Notes under the pieces: model-generated
Databases searched by the model: none
What the model was told of the DNA's origin: nothing
What the model saw: the letters and a program-made list of their open reading frames with translations, nothing else
Part shown: one piece after another, positions 13,320 to 26,222 of the stretch
Numbering within the stretch: position 1 is the first letter of the stretch
Layout: each line of letters starts with the position of its first letter
Translations under genes and position numbers: made by a program
Source of the DNA: Takakia lepidozioides
Taxonomy: Eukaryota; Plantae; Bryophyta
Reading direction: 5' to 3'
DNA: 64,000 nt
Assembly: GCA_030704615.1 (NCBI GenBank)
Contig: CM060731.1
Span: 84,816,001-84,880,000, forward strand

Positions 13320-13420
13320 GCTCATGAAATCCGCGTATCTTAGACTTCGGCTCACCGCTCATGCGGCTCATGCGGCTCATGGCTCATGGCTCATGGTTTC
13401 TGCTCATGAAATAGTAAACC
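13320..13420. repeat. Subterminal GCTCATG repeats and putative TIR of M1
   Basis: Multiple GCTCATG copies followed by GAAATAGTAAACC. The same design occurs at 51912-51968. Confidence 0.65.
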
Positions 13421-13828
13421 TCCGACGGAGGGCACTCGACCCTCGGTTATTCTACCCTTCCATGTCTTCATTAGCTGCCTCAAATTCCACGTGGCGTCTT
13501 TCACCCTGCTTTGGATCCACCGATTGAACTTCGGCTTGTCCCTGTCCGCCGTCCACTTAGCCCCCGCCAAAGCGTTTGTCATTTTCCTCTCCATATTTTG
13601 CTGAAAAATCTGAAACCCTTCCCATCCATGCCTAACATAAACACTCTCCAGCCTCATCATGTCCCTACCCTTGAAATAATCCGCTACCACTTCTTTCATC
13701 CTATCCAAGGCATCCGGTCCCGGGTAGTCTGGCTTGTTGACCTGGCTATCCCGCTCGTGGACACCTTTTTTCTTCCTCCGCCCCCAAGACGATTCCGCCC
13801 CAGAACTTGAATTCACAACCCCCGACAT
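13421..13828 (-). CDS. Unknown ORF (ORF X) of element M2, interrupted at its 3' end by M1
   Basis: About 136 codons are open before the frame runs into the M1 terminus. After excising gypsy A, a TATATAAA (26799-26806, minus) lies ~320 bp upstream. No domain recognised. Confidence 0.4.
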
Positions 13829-13969
13829 TGTATAAACATTTGCCCACTACAGGGTCCAAAACCTCAGAAAAATGGCAATGAACGCGTTTGGATGGTGTCT
13901 TCGTAGTTTTCTGCAAAAAAACAGGTCGCCGGAGATCCGGAAACGACAAAATGGTGATACGATGATTGT

Positions 13970-14860
13970 TGTCGAGCGGCTTTAACTCACCCATCCCTTC
14001 GCTATCCGAGGTGGAAACTCCAAGATAGAAGAGTTGGATATCTCTAAGCACTCAGCCCGCTCAGAACAATTAGTCATGACCTGCAGCTAGTGAATCATGG
14101 TTGTGCTTCCTATTTGTATTCCTTCCTGCCTTCATGTTATCAATTTATCTTGCCGTGTATACTGAAGCATCAGATTGCTTCAGTATCTACTAAGTTCCAG
14201 TTAATCATGCATTCATTCCACAACTTTTCTCGTGTCTCTCTACACAGTATGTTTGTATCGATTCAGTATCGGATTAAGATTAATCATGTATCATGCCTAT
14301 GCCATGGTGTCTCTATTCTATCCTATTCTATAATTCTACAGCTTGCATGAACTAAGCCTCATTCAAGTCATCATCTTCTCTACATTGTTTCCCGCTCTCC
14401 GTTACGTCTCCTCCTCTCCTGAACAAGTCGCCCTCTCCCGAAGTGATCCCCTTCCCGTTGCCGCTCTCCTAATCTACCCGCAAGCTGTTCTAACCACCTA
14501 ACTAACTAACCGTTACCCCTGAAGTAACACGTTCCCTCTGCAGATGTCGTTCTCTCACAGTCGTTCCCTGTCAATGATAAATGTTCCCCATGTACTGTAA
14601 CAGGCTGTGTCAAGTTGTGCCGAGCTGTGACTAGCTATGTAAAGCTGTGTTGGGCTGTGACTAGCTGTGTGAAGCTGTGTCGGGCTGTGATAGACTGTGA
14701 CGGGCTGTGACGGGCTGTGACTGGCTGTGTCGGGTTGTGTGACCCCCCCAAAGCCTGCTCCTGTCACCCCTAAGGGTCCTGTTGGTCTCAGTCTACGCAA
14801 AAATTAAGGGTACCCCACAAAACCCATAAAAGCGTCTAAGTCCCAAGCAGCCCTCTAACA
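13970..14860 (-). repeat. 3' LTR of G2 copy A (891 bp)
   Basis: The minus strand starts TGTTAGAGGG right after the PPT and ends CTCGACA. It contains the CACAGC minisatellite and matches 26130-26614. Confidence 0.9.
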
Positions 14861-14877
14861 TTACCCCTCCCCCTCTC
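14861..14877 (-). promoter_or_regulatory. Polypurine tract
   Basis: The minus strand reads GAGAGGGGGAGGGGTAA immediately before the LTR TG. Confidence 0.85.
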
Positions 14878-14898
14878 AAAAAGCCGTGTCCTCACGGT

Positions 14899-17800
14899 TT
14901 ACTGTTTGGGATTAGCAAACCTTTGTGAGCGAGCACCCTTCTGACAGTGAGAGTCTTGTGAAGGACTCTGTGTGCGAGCCCGAGTCCCGTCACTGGCTGA
15001 TGGAGATGATTGAGCACTACCTAGAAATGTCTGACCCTCCTTTGGCTGATAACGAGGTAACCTCTCAGGCATAGGAGATCCCCATCGTTTTTTCTCTGCC
15101 ATCTGAAGTGCATAGTCCTCTGCCATGTCAAAAGAGTCCTTTGAAGAAACAGTAGTATCAGAATCCTCGTCCCCCCTTAGGTGTTTTAACGGCCAAACTT
15201 TAAGTGGAATCCTGTGTGGCATACAATGTGGTCCCACCATGTCTGGAAGTTTAAACTGTACAACTTGCTGTAAGCGCTTGCAAGCTAAATTAGTGAACGC
15301 CCTGAACTCCTTATCCGTATACGTGAGAGGTGTGCCAATGACTTTGGAACAGTTTAAGTATTTCGAGGTTTCATGTCCCTTAAAGAAAATATCCTCAGGG
15401 CCGAATTTCTGTGTTGTCAAATTGTTCCAAGCCGAATTAAACCATGAACGAAGTTGGGAATCCTTCTGCATCATAACTTTTGCATCATATAGGTACATAT
15501 GAGGTGGCACTGAAGGTAAGACCCAATGATCCCCACTGGAATAACTCAGAAATCGTGATTGCATCTTCTGCTACTCAATGTGATAACATGCCAGAAAACA
15601 AGCAGCATAGTATAATCCACAGCCCATGACAATACTAGATACCTCCTTGGTCTTGGTATAGATGTACCCATGTACAACCTGGAAGACAATTAATTCCTTC
15701 AGCATGGTACCTGCCTCAAACCTACGCAAAGTGATGATCCTCAATGGGTCGATTGTTCGGAAGAACCTTAGTCCGAGTTGCCACCGGCAACCAAATGCGC
15801 ATGATCTGGTAGTAATGTGCCAACGACTGCGGAGGACTAAATTCCTTCCAAGCCAAATCCAGCACAATGGGAATTTGGTTGAAGGGCATAATCATAGCCC
15901 GACTGTACTCCCGTGCAGCAGGAGTCCTAGGTGGGTTAAAAGCAACATCCCCCCATACCTCAGGTTGTGGTTTGGCTGTAGTAGCAACAGGGTCAGCTAC
16001 CTGCACAAGCACCTTCTGTGGTATTGGTACCACTGGCCCTTCTACCACTGGCATCTCCTGCACCCCCTGCGAAGAAGACTGAAAAATTAGAGTCCTGGCA
16101 TGTAAATAAGTAGCCATCAGCTGCTCCTCAGGAACAAAGACTCTCTTGTCAATATTTGAACTCAGGTCATCCACTTGAGTCCGCAGGCCTTCCACATCCT
16201 CATGTAGCTCCGCTATCCTACTATAGACATTGTCTATAGTAGTTGTGGCAATGTTCTGCACCTGCAATCTGAGCTCATTCATCTTGCCCTGGGTGAGCTT
16301 CCGTGGTGCTTTGCCTTCTACCAGCCCTTGTGCTAACCAGACCTGCATAAGGTGGTTATCCACCAAGTCCTGTGTGGCACCCCTGAGAGTCTCCTCCTCC
16401 GTGAGTCTGTACACATCTAACTGCTGCTGTAACGCCTTCATGCGCTTTGCATGAGGTTCAACCAGGCCCGCATAGGCAGCAGCCAGATTATTGGCTTCCT
16501 TCCAAGCCTTGTTAGCCATAGAGAGTTCATTTCTATTGACCATGACTGTTTGTTGCAACTCCAGGATGTACTTCTCCTGGTCAGCCTCAACCTGTTTGTA
16601 CTGTTGGAAAGTATTCTCATTGCGACAGATTGTAGCTTGCAAATCAACAATGAGTTTCCCTTGCTCTATGATCTCAGCTTCTGCCATCATACATCTCTCC
16701 CCTTGTCTGTTAACTTCTAATGTAGTTTGCTCTAGAGCAGTTGTGAGTGTAGCACATTGTATGGTCATCCTCTGATGTACTGCCTCCAACTCTGTATGTA
16801 GTACGTTCACTTCTTGCAACTTGCCCTCATGCTTCACCTGCGGTATAACTGTTGCTTATGTGCTTCATGCAACTGGTCCTGCTCGAGACCTGCTTCAATC
16901 AAATGTCCATTGGCCAACTGCAAGGCAGCCTTTGTGTCCTCCAACTCTTGCTGTAACTTGAGATTGACCTCATCATCTACCTTGTTAGCACACTCAGTGG
17001 CAATTTGAGCCTCAAACTCCTTCCTGAGTTCCTCCCTCAAAGCTGCCAATTGGGTAGATGGAACATGGGATTTCACATAAGTGCCCAACAAATTAAGTGT
17101 CATGCTTATGGAACTCATAAGCATGGCTTGCTGGGGGTCATCATGGTGAACTTGCTGCTGTTCTCCCTGATCCTCCACAATGTGATGCTTCACCAACCAT
17201 TCAGGCCATTGCCCCACCAGATCCTCTTCCTGAACCACCTCATCCACCATAGGTGCTGCAGTGTCCTTATATTCTACCCCTGGTACCTCCGTCACAGGTG
17301 TGGGTATTACATGCACAGCAGGGATTTCCCTGGACAAATTCTGCACCTCTGGAACCACTGATTCCCTTACCAAGCCAGAGTTTTCATAGAGAAGGTCACC
17401 ATTCTCAATTTCTGCCACGACCTGCTCTGTAGTGGGAATGTCCAACCTTTCTCCGTCCAGAGCAATTGGGGGTGGTGTCACAGTATGTTCTAACTGTGGA
17501 ACATCTGAGGCAATTGAGTCAACTGGTACCGAAGTGACTTCTTCCTCCCTCTCCAAAGGCCGTGCTTCCAATAATAACAGCCTTATGTGCTGTTGTGTCC
17601 CATCCTGCACAAGAGCTTGGGAAACATCATCTTGCGGTTTCCGTGAAGCCAGTGGATCCGCCACTACAGTCATACCCCGCTTCTGTCTCTTAGACTGGTG
17701 TTGCCTTGCCAGTCCACCCTCACTATGTGAAGAGCCCTGCTCTTCAATTGCAGTGGTTACTGCCTCAAACACTCCCATCTCCTTACGTTCCCGAGTATCA

Positions 17801-18546
17801 AGTATGCAAGAGTCAAGAATGATTTGGGCAATGACTGGACCAGACACAATGATCGGAGACTTAGCAGCAGTGCCCTGTAACCTCTTCATCTTGTCCACCA
17901 GACCATTGTACATTAACTCCGCCCAAGCTATATCCTCTCCCTTCAAAGCTTTCAGGATCTCCTCTGTGAATGACCTGCTCAAATATTGTTGGTTCTGTTT
18001 CATGGCAAACAGAACGTTCAATATTTGGCCAACTTCTCTGAGCCCTGGGTACTCGGCTTTGGTACAAGCGTAACCTTGAGTCTTAAAGAAACTCCCTTCT
18101 TGGAACAAATTCCCTATCTGCAATCTTGCCCTGTGCTCATCCACATCCACATGACCTGATGGCAAATCAAACAATTGCTGCAAGTACTGGGGAGTAATTT
18201 CTATATCTACTCCCCTCACCTGGGTAACTCCCGTCCGAGGCTCAAAGTTATGAAGAAATTGAATCATATACTGCCGATGATGCAAGGACCAGTCCTTGCG
18301 TAGCAGCCCCTCCAATCGCAACTCCCTCAGCAGCTGCACTGCCTGCGGTGTAGCAATTGTTTGCTTCTGCAGAATCGTGGTGCTCTTCACCCTGATATCC
18401 TCCATTCCCCTCACTCTCTTCATTCTAGACAAACAAAAAGGCCTTGTTTGAAACAGCTGAAGGAAAGCTTGCAGGGCACAGAGCATAAAGGTATGGTTGG
18501 CACAGAATGGAACAGGTAAGTGCGTGTAAGCCTGTGGGGCTTGCAA
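14899..18546 (-). pseudogene. G2 extra 3' sense ORF3 (~1200 codons in frameshifted pieces): N-terminal domain, acidic linker, coiled coil, conserved C-terminal domain
   Basis: ORFs of 570, 371 and 221 aa join into one reading unit. The N-terminal pattern FLHNF...VRGVDIEIT...LFDLP resembles plant-transposon accessory domains. The sequence is conserved in copy B (31676-34529). Confidence 0.75.
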
Positions 18547-19209
18547 GTATCGAGTGAGAGAAAATGTACTCTCAATTCGTCCGTCCTTGCGCCACTACGT
18601 GAGAAGTAAAGCGAGTGTGTAATCTGTTATATCCGCCATAGCTACAAAGCTAGTGCTTTGATTGCCCCTCCCGTCGAGACACTGGCTATTCGGAGCCACC
18701 CCGACTCTTCTGCTCATAACACTTCCTATTTCTTGTTCTTGTTTCTTGGAGGGAACCACCTGCATGTAATTCTCACTCCTGATTGGCTATTGCCTACTTA
18801 GGTAACTTCTTAATTCCACCCCCCTCCGTGGACATTCCCACCTGGAATGTCCAGTAGGACAGCACATGTGGCATAGGTCCCTCTTTTTGTACTCGGAAAG
18901 GGTTCCGTTACCCTTGCTCTGAATGCATTAATGGGCCCACAAATAGTATTAGTTGATATACCGGGTAGGTACTTTGACGGCCCGATTTGTCCTCTTGCAT
19001 GATGAGACCCACTCTTGCAATTTATGCAGTGTGGTGTGCTTCGCCTTAGTGGCCACGTGTCCATTTTTAGACATGCCCCCGACTTCCCCTCTCCGCGTGG
19101 CATATTCTCCGAGTTTGACTTCCAAACTTCTTTGTCACTTGACGGCCACTTTTCTGACGTTAACCCACGTCCACCTGTCACTGACCCAATGGACTGTGTA
19201 ACCCGCATG

Positions 19210-19440
19210 GGCTGTGTTGGGCTGTGACAGGCTGTGTCTAACTGTGGTGAACTGTGATAGGCTGTGTGACACTGTGATGGGCTGTGATAAGCTGTGTCAC
19301 GCTGTGATGGGCTGTGATAGGCTGTGTCACGCTGTGTTGGGCTGTAATAGGCCGTGTGGCACAGTGATGGGCTGTGATAAGCTGTGTCACGCTGTGATGG
19401 GCTGTGATAGGTTGTGTCACGCTGTGGTGGGCTGTGATAT
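19210..19440. repeat. CACAGC-based ~30-bp minisatellite after pol
   Basis: Repeated gctgtgtcacgctgtgatgggctgtgatag. The counterpart in copy C is 43040-43310. Confidence 0.85.
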
Positions 19441-19516
19441 CTATGCGAACACTTGTACTTCCCGCCCTGGTCATACACGCTCGGCTTAGCGACAAGTGCT
19501 CCATACTCCGTTGGTA

Positions 19517-22500
19517 TCACTGGCGCAGCCCGTGACTGTTTTGCGTTTCAACATGCAAATCGTGCTGCAATGGTTTGTCATGGATACCACTGTATCCCTT
19601 CAACTTATTGGCATTAACTCTTCCCAGCATTTCTTTGTTAATGGTTTGTAACATGGCGGTGTTATTATCATACATCTTCTGTATGACATAAGGTCCTTTC
19701 CATGGTGATTTAAGCTTAGAAGCTTGAATCTTCCTCTTCTTCTGCAACCACAGTACCAAATCTCCCATCTTAAAAGTCTTTGATTTACCTTCATCAAACT
19801 GATCCTTCATCTTCATCTGAATTCTGGTCATGTTATCAGCTGCATCAGCACGTACTTCTTCCACATGGTATAATTCATGTTTCCTGACCTTAATTGAATC
19901 TTCCAATTCCATTCTCCTTCCTCATTCAGTTCTCATGGTAGGTAACAAGAATTCCACTGGAAATAAAGCTTCCATACCATAAACTAATTGGAATGGTGTA
20001 TTCTTAGTGGTGACTTTATATGAAGTCTTGTATGACCACAAAGCTGTCAGCAGCTTTGTATCCCAATCTGTTCTGTTTGCATTGATTATCTTAGCCAAGA
20101 TAGTACATAGTATTTTGTTGGTAGCCTCTGCCTGCCCATTACCATGTGGGTAATAAGTTGTACTCTTCCTATGCACAATCATGAACTCTTTAGTCAATAG
20201 TTCTATGGTCTCATTAATGAAGTGACTTCCCTGGTCACTGATAAATTCCAGGGGACAGCCAAATCGTGTAAGTATGTTCTCATACAGGAACCTTGTTGTG
20301 GACTTAGCTGTGTTGTCCCTCAGAGCTTTAGCTTCCACCTACTTTGTAGTATAATCAGTGGCTGTGATTATATACTTGTTTTGTGTATTCTTGGCTGGTG
20401 GGTTAATTGGTCCAACAAAGTCTAGTCCCCATTTCTGAAATGGTTCAGTAGGCATCGTAGGATGCAAAGCCATCTTCCCAGATCTCTGCAATGGTCCTAG
20501 CCTCTGACACTCATCACAACTCTTACAATACTTGTGTACATCCTTGAACAAAGTAGGCCACCAGTAACCTGCAAGTAGTATCTTTCTACTGGTAGTCTCT
20601 TCTCCAAAATGACCTCCAGCCACTCCTTTATGAACTTCCTCCAAAATTTATTTACTTCATGGTGGTACAAGCATCGTTTAAGTACTCCATCAGGTCCTAG
20701 CTTATACATTCTGCCCCCTACCATAGTATAAGGTAAAGCCTTGATAGCGATTCTCTTCCTCTGCTCCTTTCCATAACTAGGTGGGCACTGACCATGAGTA
20801 AGGTAGTATCTGATTGGCCACTGCCAATCTAACCAATCATCTGCACTTCCTTGCACCTCCACTGCAAATAAACTCGCATCAGGTAATTGGTCGTCTACTC
20901 CTGTGGCGGGCTCTCCTGTTGATAGGCGTGACAAGTGATTTGCAAACGGCCAGGCTTGTAAACAACTTCAAACTCAAACTCGTGCAAGATTATTAACCAC
21001 CTTGCTATCCTTCCACTTATCAAAGGTTTGTTCACCAGATATATCAGAGCCTGGTGATCCACATAAAACATAAACTTCCTTCCCAATAGGTAATGCCTGA
21101 ATTTCTTGACTGCATAAATCATTGCCAGTGCTTCTCTTTCAGTTGTGCTATAGTTCCTTTCAGCACTGTTCATCAACCTGCTAGCATAGTACACAGGTGA
21201 ATCTATATTTCCTGTAACATTTTGGGCTAACACTGCTCCCAACGCTTCTCCTGAGGCATCACAGTGAACATGAAATACTACATGCAGGTGAGGGTTAATC
21301 AGCACAGGTGTAGTTGTTACTGACAATGTAAGTTCCTCAAAAGCCTGTTGACATTCAGCTGTCCATGCAAACACTGCATCTTTCTTCAGAAGCTTGCTCA
21401 ATGGTGCTGCTATCTGTGCATACCGTCTGACAAATCTTCTGTAATAACTGGTTTGTCCAAGGAATCTCCTTAGACTCTTAACATTTACTGGTGGTGGAGA
21501 GGCTTTAATGGCCTCTGTCTTTCTGGATCCACAAGAAGTCCCCTCTTACACACAATGTGTCCCAAAAGCACCCCTGAGTTCACACAGAAAGTACACTTCT
21601 CTGGATTCAGGCCCAGACCTCTCATCCTGCATCTGGCCAAACATAACTCCAATTTATGCAAGTGCTCATTCTTAGAGCTGTACACACTGAAATCATCCAA
21701 GAACACCTGCATGAAATCATCCAGATACTCATGAAAAGATTCACTTATCACTCTCTGAAAGGTTGCTGGTGCATTACAAAGTCCAAAAGGCATGACTTTG
21801 TATGCATAAGCACCCCAGTCTGTGATGAAAGCTGTCTTTCCCTGGTCTTCTTCTGCCACTTGCACTTGATTATAACCACTGAAGCCATCCATGAATGAGT
21901 ACATCTCATGGCCTGCCACAGTGTCCAATACCGCTTCTGTGAATGACAAAGGGAAATGATCTTTCTTCGTACAAGCATTCAACTTCTTATAGTTCACACA
22001 AACTCTCAGTTTACCATTCTTCTTGGGAACTATCACAATGGGTGACAACCAAGTTGTATACTCTATCGGGTATATAAACTTAGCCTCAGCCAACTTCTTG
22101 ATCTCTTTTCCAACCTTCTGTGCATAGTTGGGATTCATTCTGTACCTTGCCTGTTTGATTGGTACTGACCCTGGTTCCAGTTCAATCTTATGCTGACAGA
22201 TCTCAGGTGGTATCCCTTTCAGATCCTCGTAGCTCCAAGCAAATACATCTCTGTATTTGATGAACAGACTCTTAGCTTCCTCAAAGAATTCTGGCTCCAA
22301 ATCAGCCCCTACCTTCACCATCCTCGGTTCCCCTTCAGTTCCCACATTCACTTCTCTCACCTGCTCATCAGCTGTGATTGTCCATCCAGTCACCACTTCA
22401 TCCTGTAAACTCACAGTGGCTGGTTCCTCTAGGATTTCCATTTCTCCCTCTCTTTCTTCATAAAAATGTGGTGGGTAACTGCTTGTTTCACCCTCAATTG

Positions 22501-23326
22501 GTGTTGCTGTCACTACACCACAGCATATACCTTTTAAACAACTTAGGCCTTCCAGTTGCATCTCTGCAACCTGCTCCCACTCTGGGTGTGCAGCGAACAG
22601 GGTAGCTTCCTGCTCCTCATCAAGTCCTCCCCTCCAGTCATACTCCCTGACCCCTCGAGGTCTTCTCGTAGCAGGTAGTCTACTAGATTTCTTAGTGGTG
22701 ATTTGTATCTTGTGCATCCCATCATGCACAGTTAGTAACTGGGAATTCCAGTCATGGAATACCCTGGCCTGTTTCAGCCACGGTCGACCAAACAATAAGG
22801 AGTAAGCTTCCATGACTTCATCCATTTTCAACACAGTTACTGTGACCATAAAGATCATCTTTTGAATCTGTATCTTAACTCCTCTTATCAATCCCAATGG
22901 CTGTACACTTCTTTGATCTGCCATTGTTACTGTAAATGGGGCTGGTTTCATGTTACTTAGACCAAGCTTCTGCCTTAATTGGTCTGTCATGATATTCACT
23001 CCAGAGCCTCCATCTATCAGTACATCAGTTAGTTCTGTGCTTCCAATTCTCAATTGGATTACTGGCATAGAATCATCAAAGTCCATGAATGTTTCTCGCC
23101 CTTCCGGCTTCACATTATAACTGGTCACCTTGCTGTTCAGGTCTGTGTTCCCTGTCACATGGGCAATTCGATTGATTGCTTGATACAGCCTGTGTCTACA
23201 ATAAGGTGCCACAGCCAATAGCTGTCCAATGGTAATCTCCGCTTTGGACTGGCATATTACTTCAGCCAAAGTCCCTTCATTACTCTGCATTTCTGCAGCT
23301 TCTTTCTTCCCTTCATCCTCACTCAC
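19517..23326 (-). pseudogene. pol: G2 copy A pol (PR-RT-RNaseH-INT), several frameshifts and stops
   Basis: LIDGGSG, PFGLCNAPATFQR, FLDD, CDASG, YSTTEREALA, integrase H..H/C..C, DFVGP, SDQGSHF, GQAE and WKGPY. Confidence 0.95.
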
Positions 23327-25563
23327 TTCCTTTCTCTTTCAGAATCAGAGGAATCTGCCATAGGAATATCAGTACTTTTCTGCATTTCCCTTATGGTATC
23401 TGCCACTTCCTTGTGCAGTTCCTTCTCATCTCTCCAAGCCTCATCATCTTCAGGCACATCACTGCCATCTTCATTATCATCACCTTCCTCATCTACTGGA
23501 TGTATTATTTTGGCTTTGCTTTTGGTTACTATCATTGTACTTACTTCTGGTACAACACATGGCCTAACCATGTGAGCTGCCACCACTGGGCCCTCATTCA
23601 CAGGAGCTCTCATCTCATTCTGGTGTCTGATCCAGAATGGACAGACTGCCTTGCGATGTCCTGCCTGATTACAATAGTAACACAGTTCTTCCCCATTAGG
23701 TCCTCGCCCTTGGTCTGTTCTGGGATTGTTTCTGTAATCCTGATTCCCTGGCTGGTAATTCCCCCTTGGATTACCCTGATAGTTGCCTCTGGAATTTCCT
23801 TGGTAATTCCCTCTTGGATTACCTCTCCCTTCCATGCCATTGTTATAACCACCAGGCCTACCATAGTGGTCCTGATCACTGTTTCTTCTTGGTTGGGGCT
23901 GCACTTGATGCACCCTTACTTGCCTAGGTTCTCTTGCTGCTGTCCTTCTGTTGTAGTAACAATTCTCAGTAGAATGGTTATCCATTTTACAGATAGTACA
24001 GTGTTTCTCCTGTGGCATTCAGTGGTGGTATGGCCTTCATTCTGGCATTTTGCACACCAAACACCCTTCCTCCAATGTGTTGCAGCCTCTGTGGCATACT
24101 TCTTCAAGATTTCTTCTAATCTTTTCTCATAGTTATCCCTCTTCAACTTTTCCTTCCTCTTACTCTTCCTCTTCTTCCTCATCTGACTCATCCTCAGAGT
24201 CCTCATCATCCTTTTTCTCTCTCCTAAGCATTCCCAATTGTTCAATTCTGTTCGCTGTTTCAAATGCCTCCTCCACTGTATTATGGGGTAACATATCCAT
24301 TTTCTTTTGCAACTCTGGTCTTAGTCCACTCACAAACCAAGTCTTCTGTAAACCTGGTGCTGGTACAGCAGCCAGCTTTTTCATCATCAATTCCATCTTT
24401 TCCATATACTCCTCAACAGTTTCATGCTTCTTTTGCTTTAACTGTTGTAAACTTCCATACACTTCATCCTCAGTTTTACTTGTCCTGAACCTATTTCGGA
24501 ATGTTGTATTCAAGCCATTCCAAGTAAGGAAATGATTATCAGGGAATCTTGCATACCATTCACTTGCTTTCTTTATAAGTGAATAAGGAAACAGTCTCAT
24601 CTTGGCATCATCGCCATTCTCATTGTTCACAATACACATGTGCTCAAATTGGCTAATGTGTACATCAAGATTCCCTTTCCCAGAATATATTGGAAAATGT
24701 GGTTTTGCCCATGTCGGTTGTAACGCCATCTGTGGCCCTACCTCTTGCCCACTGACAGGTGCTGGCCCCCTTGCTGGTGCTGGTCCTTGAGGACCTGTTG
24801 TAGTTGTGGTGGAACTTCCACCAAGTGCTGGCCCCTGAGCACTCCCTGCTACTGGCCCCACTATATTCACAGTATTCCCAGCTCCAGTTGCACTACTTCC
24901 CACACTCCCTGTCCCCCCAGAGCCAGATCCAGGCTGCCCGCCTGATCCCCCTGAGCCGACACCTTCGTTGGCCTGTGATCCAAGTGCTCCACTTGATCTA
25001 GGTCCAACGGGTTGGGATGTCCTGGTTGTAGTCTCAACCTCAGCTGTTGGGTCTACTTCTTCATACTCTTCCTCTTCCAATTTCTTCTCTCTGTTTTCAT
25101 CTTCCAAGTTCTGCCCTTGGGTTTCTTCTTCTTCACTCATGTAACTCAATTGCAATGGTGTTGGAGAGTCTAAACTCTCCATTGGCTCTACCACATCCTC
25201 TCCTCCTTCTTCGTCTTCCATTTCAGAAACTGGAGTTCCTGCTTTTGGTGTTCCATGCCAACTCTTATCAAAGATTTCTGTTAAATCTTTTATCCAGGGA
25301 TGTACCTCAGATCTTTCACCTCGTGGTTGATTTTCTTCCTGTACCAATTCCCTTAATCTTTCTTGCAAAGAAAAAGAAGGAGTGGCATCCAACTCTAGTT
25401 CTTCCGGTATGGGTGATGTACTCTCTGATCTTAATGGTGTGAGAGGTCCAGATGATTCCCCTATGTCTATTCCTCTCTCCCAAAGATATGGATAATTAGC
25501 TTTCAGATAACTTTCTCTTTTTGCTGAATATCTCGGGAGTCTAGCTTCTCTTTCATCACTCAT
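23323..25563 (-). pseudogene. gag: G2 copy A gag with tandem zinc knuckles
   Basis: FPIYSGKG...LFPYSL...ASEWY...TW gag core, CAKCQNEGHTTTEC, CTICKMDNHSTENC and CYYCNQAGHRKAVC. Confidence 0.9.
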
Positions 25564-25583
25564 GTCCCATGTCTTTCATTTCT

Positions 25584-26222
25584 TTAATGTGGCAATAACC
25601 AAAACTCTCTTCTGTAGTATCTCTCGTATATGCCTGGGTTTCTTTCAAGCTTCAATGCACCCTTGGCTATACTAGAAGTCTCCGTTACCATATAACCATA
25701 TGGCAAACAAGTCTGGAAAGCTGTTCTTGGTGTGAGTTTGATCCACAGAATATCCTTTGGAATCCAATTCTTTACCAGTACAAGCTCCTCATGCATATGA
25801 GTATAAACATTCACCTTCCTTTCCTGCCAGCCTTCAAACTCTACTCGCTTAATGGATAGCAATGCTATCACATAAACCATTGTTGGTAACCAACGTGCTC
25901 TTCCTCTACAGGCCACCTGATAAATCTTTATCACTCCTTTCTTCAGACCCCATTCAGGGTCAGCATCATGCACTCTCTTAAGAATGTTTTCCTTACAACC
26001 GTCTGGCAATTCCAAGAACCTCTGAAAGAATTGTTTGGACAACCTTTCCTTCTCAGTTTCACAGGGAATTTGATTCACATCAAATTGTTTAATTCTCCAA
26101 CCACCATGATCCCACCAGATGCCAGTCACATCTTCATCTCCTCTACACTGTTTCCCGCTCTCCGTTACGTCTCCTCCTCTCCTGAACAAGTCGCCCTCCT
26201 CCCGAAGTGATCCCCTTCCCAT
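25584..26222 (-). CDS. G2 extra 5' ORF1 of unknown function, fused to LTR sequence by a deletion
   Basis: From DVTGIWWDHGGW onward it is nearly identical to 36185-36880. Confidence 0.65.
   Translation of the reverse strand: MGRGSLREEGDLFRRGGDVTESGKQCRGDEDVTGIWWDHGGWRIKQFDVNQIPCETEKERLSKQFFQRFLELPDGCKENILKRVHDADPEWGLKKGVIKIYQVACRGRARWLPTMVYVIALLSIKRVEFEGWQERKVNVYTHMHEELVLVKNWIPKDILWIKLTPRTAFQTCLPYGYMVTETSSIAKGALKLERNPGIYERYYRREFWLLPH

Larger units (their letters stand above)
7230..13420. mobile_element. MULE-like element, family M1: deletion derivative with a ParB-MTase gene (-), a transposase SWIM remnant (+) and one terminus
   Basis: Both genes are homologous to those of family M2. It carries scattered ATTTCGGCGCCGAAAT palindromes and ends in GCTCATG repeats plus GCTCATGAAATAGTAAACC at 13420. 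The left end is not identifiable. Confidence 0.7.

Noticed and set aside
14899-18546. env gene call for gypsy ORF3
   Set aside because: No signal peptide or clear transmembrane helix was seen, so it is left as an unknown accessory ORF.
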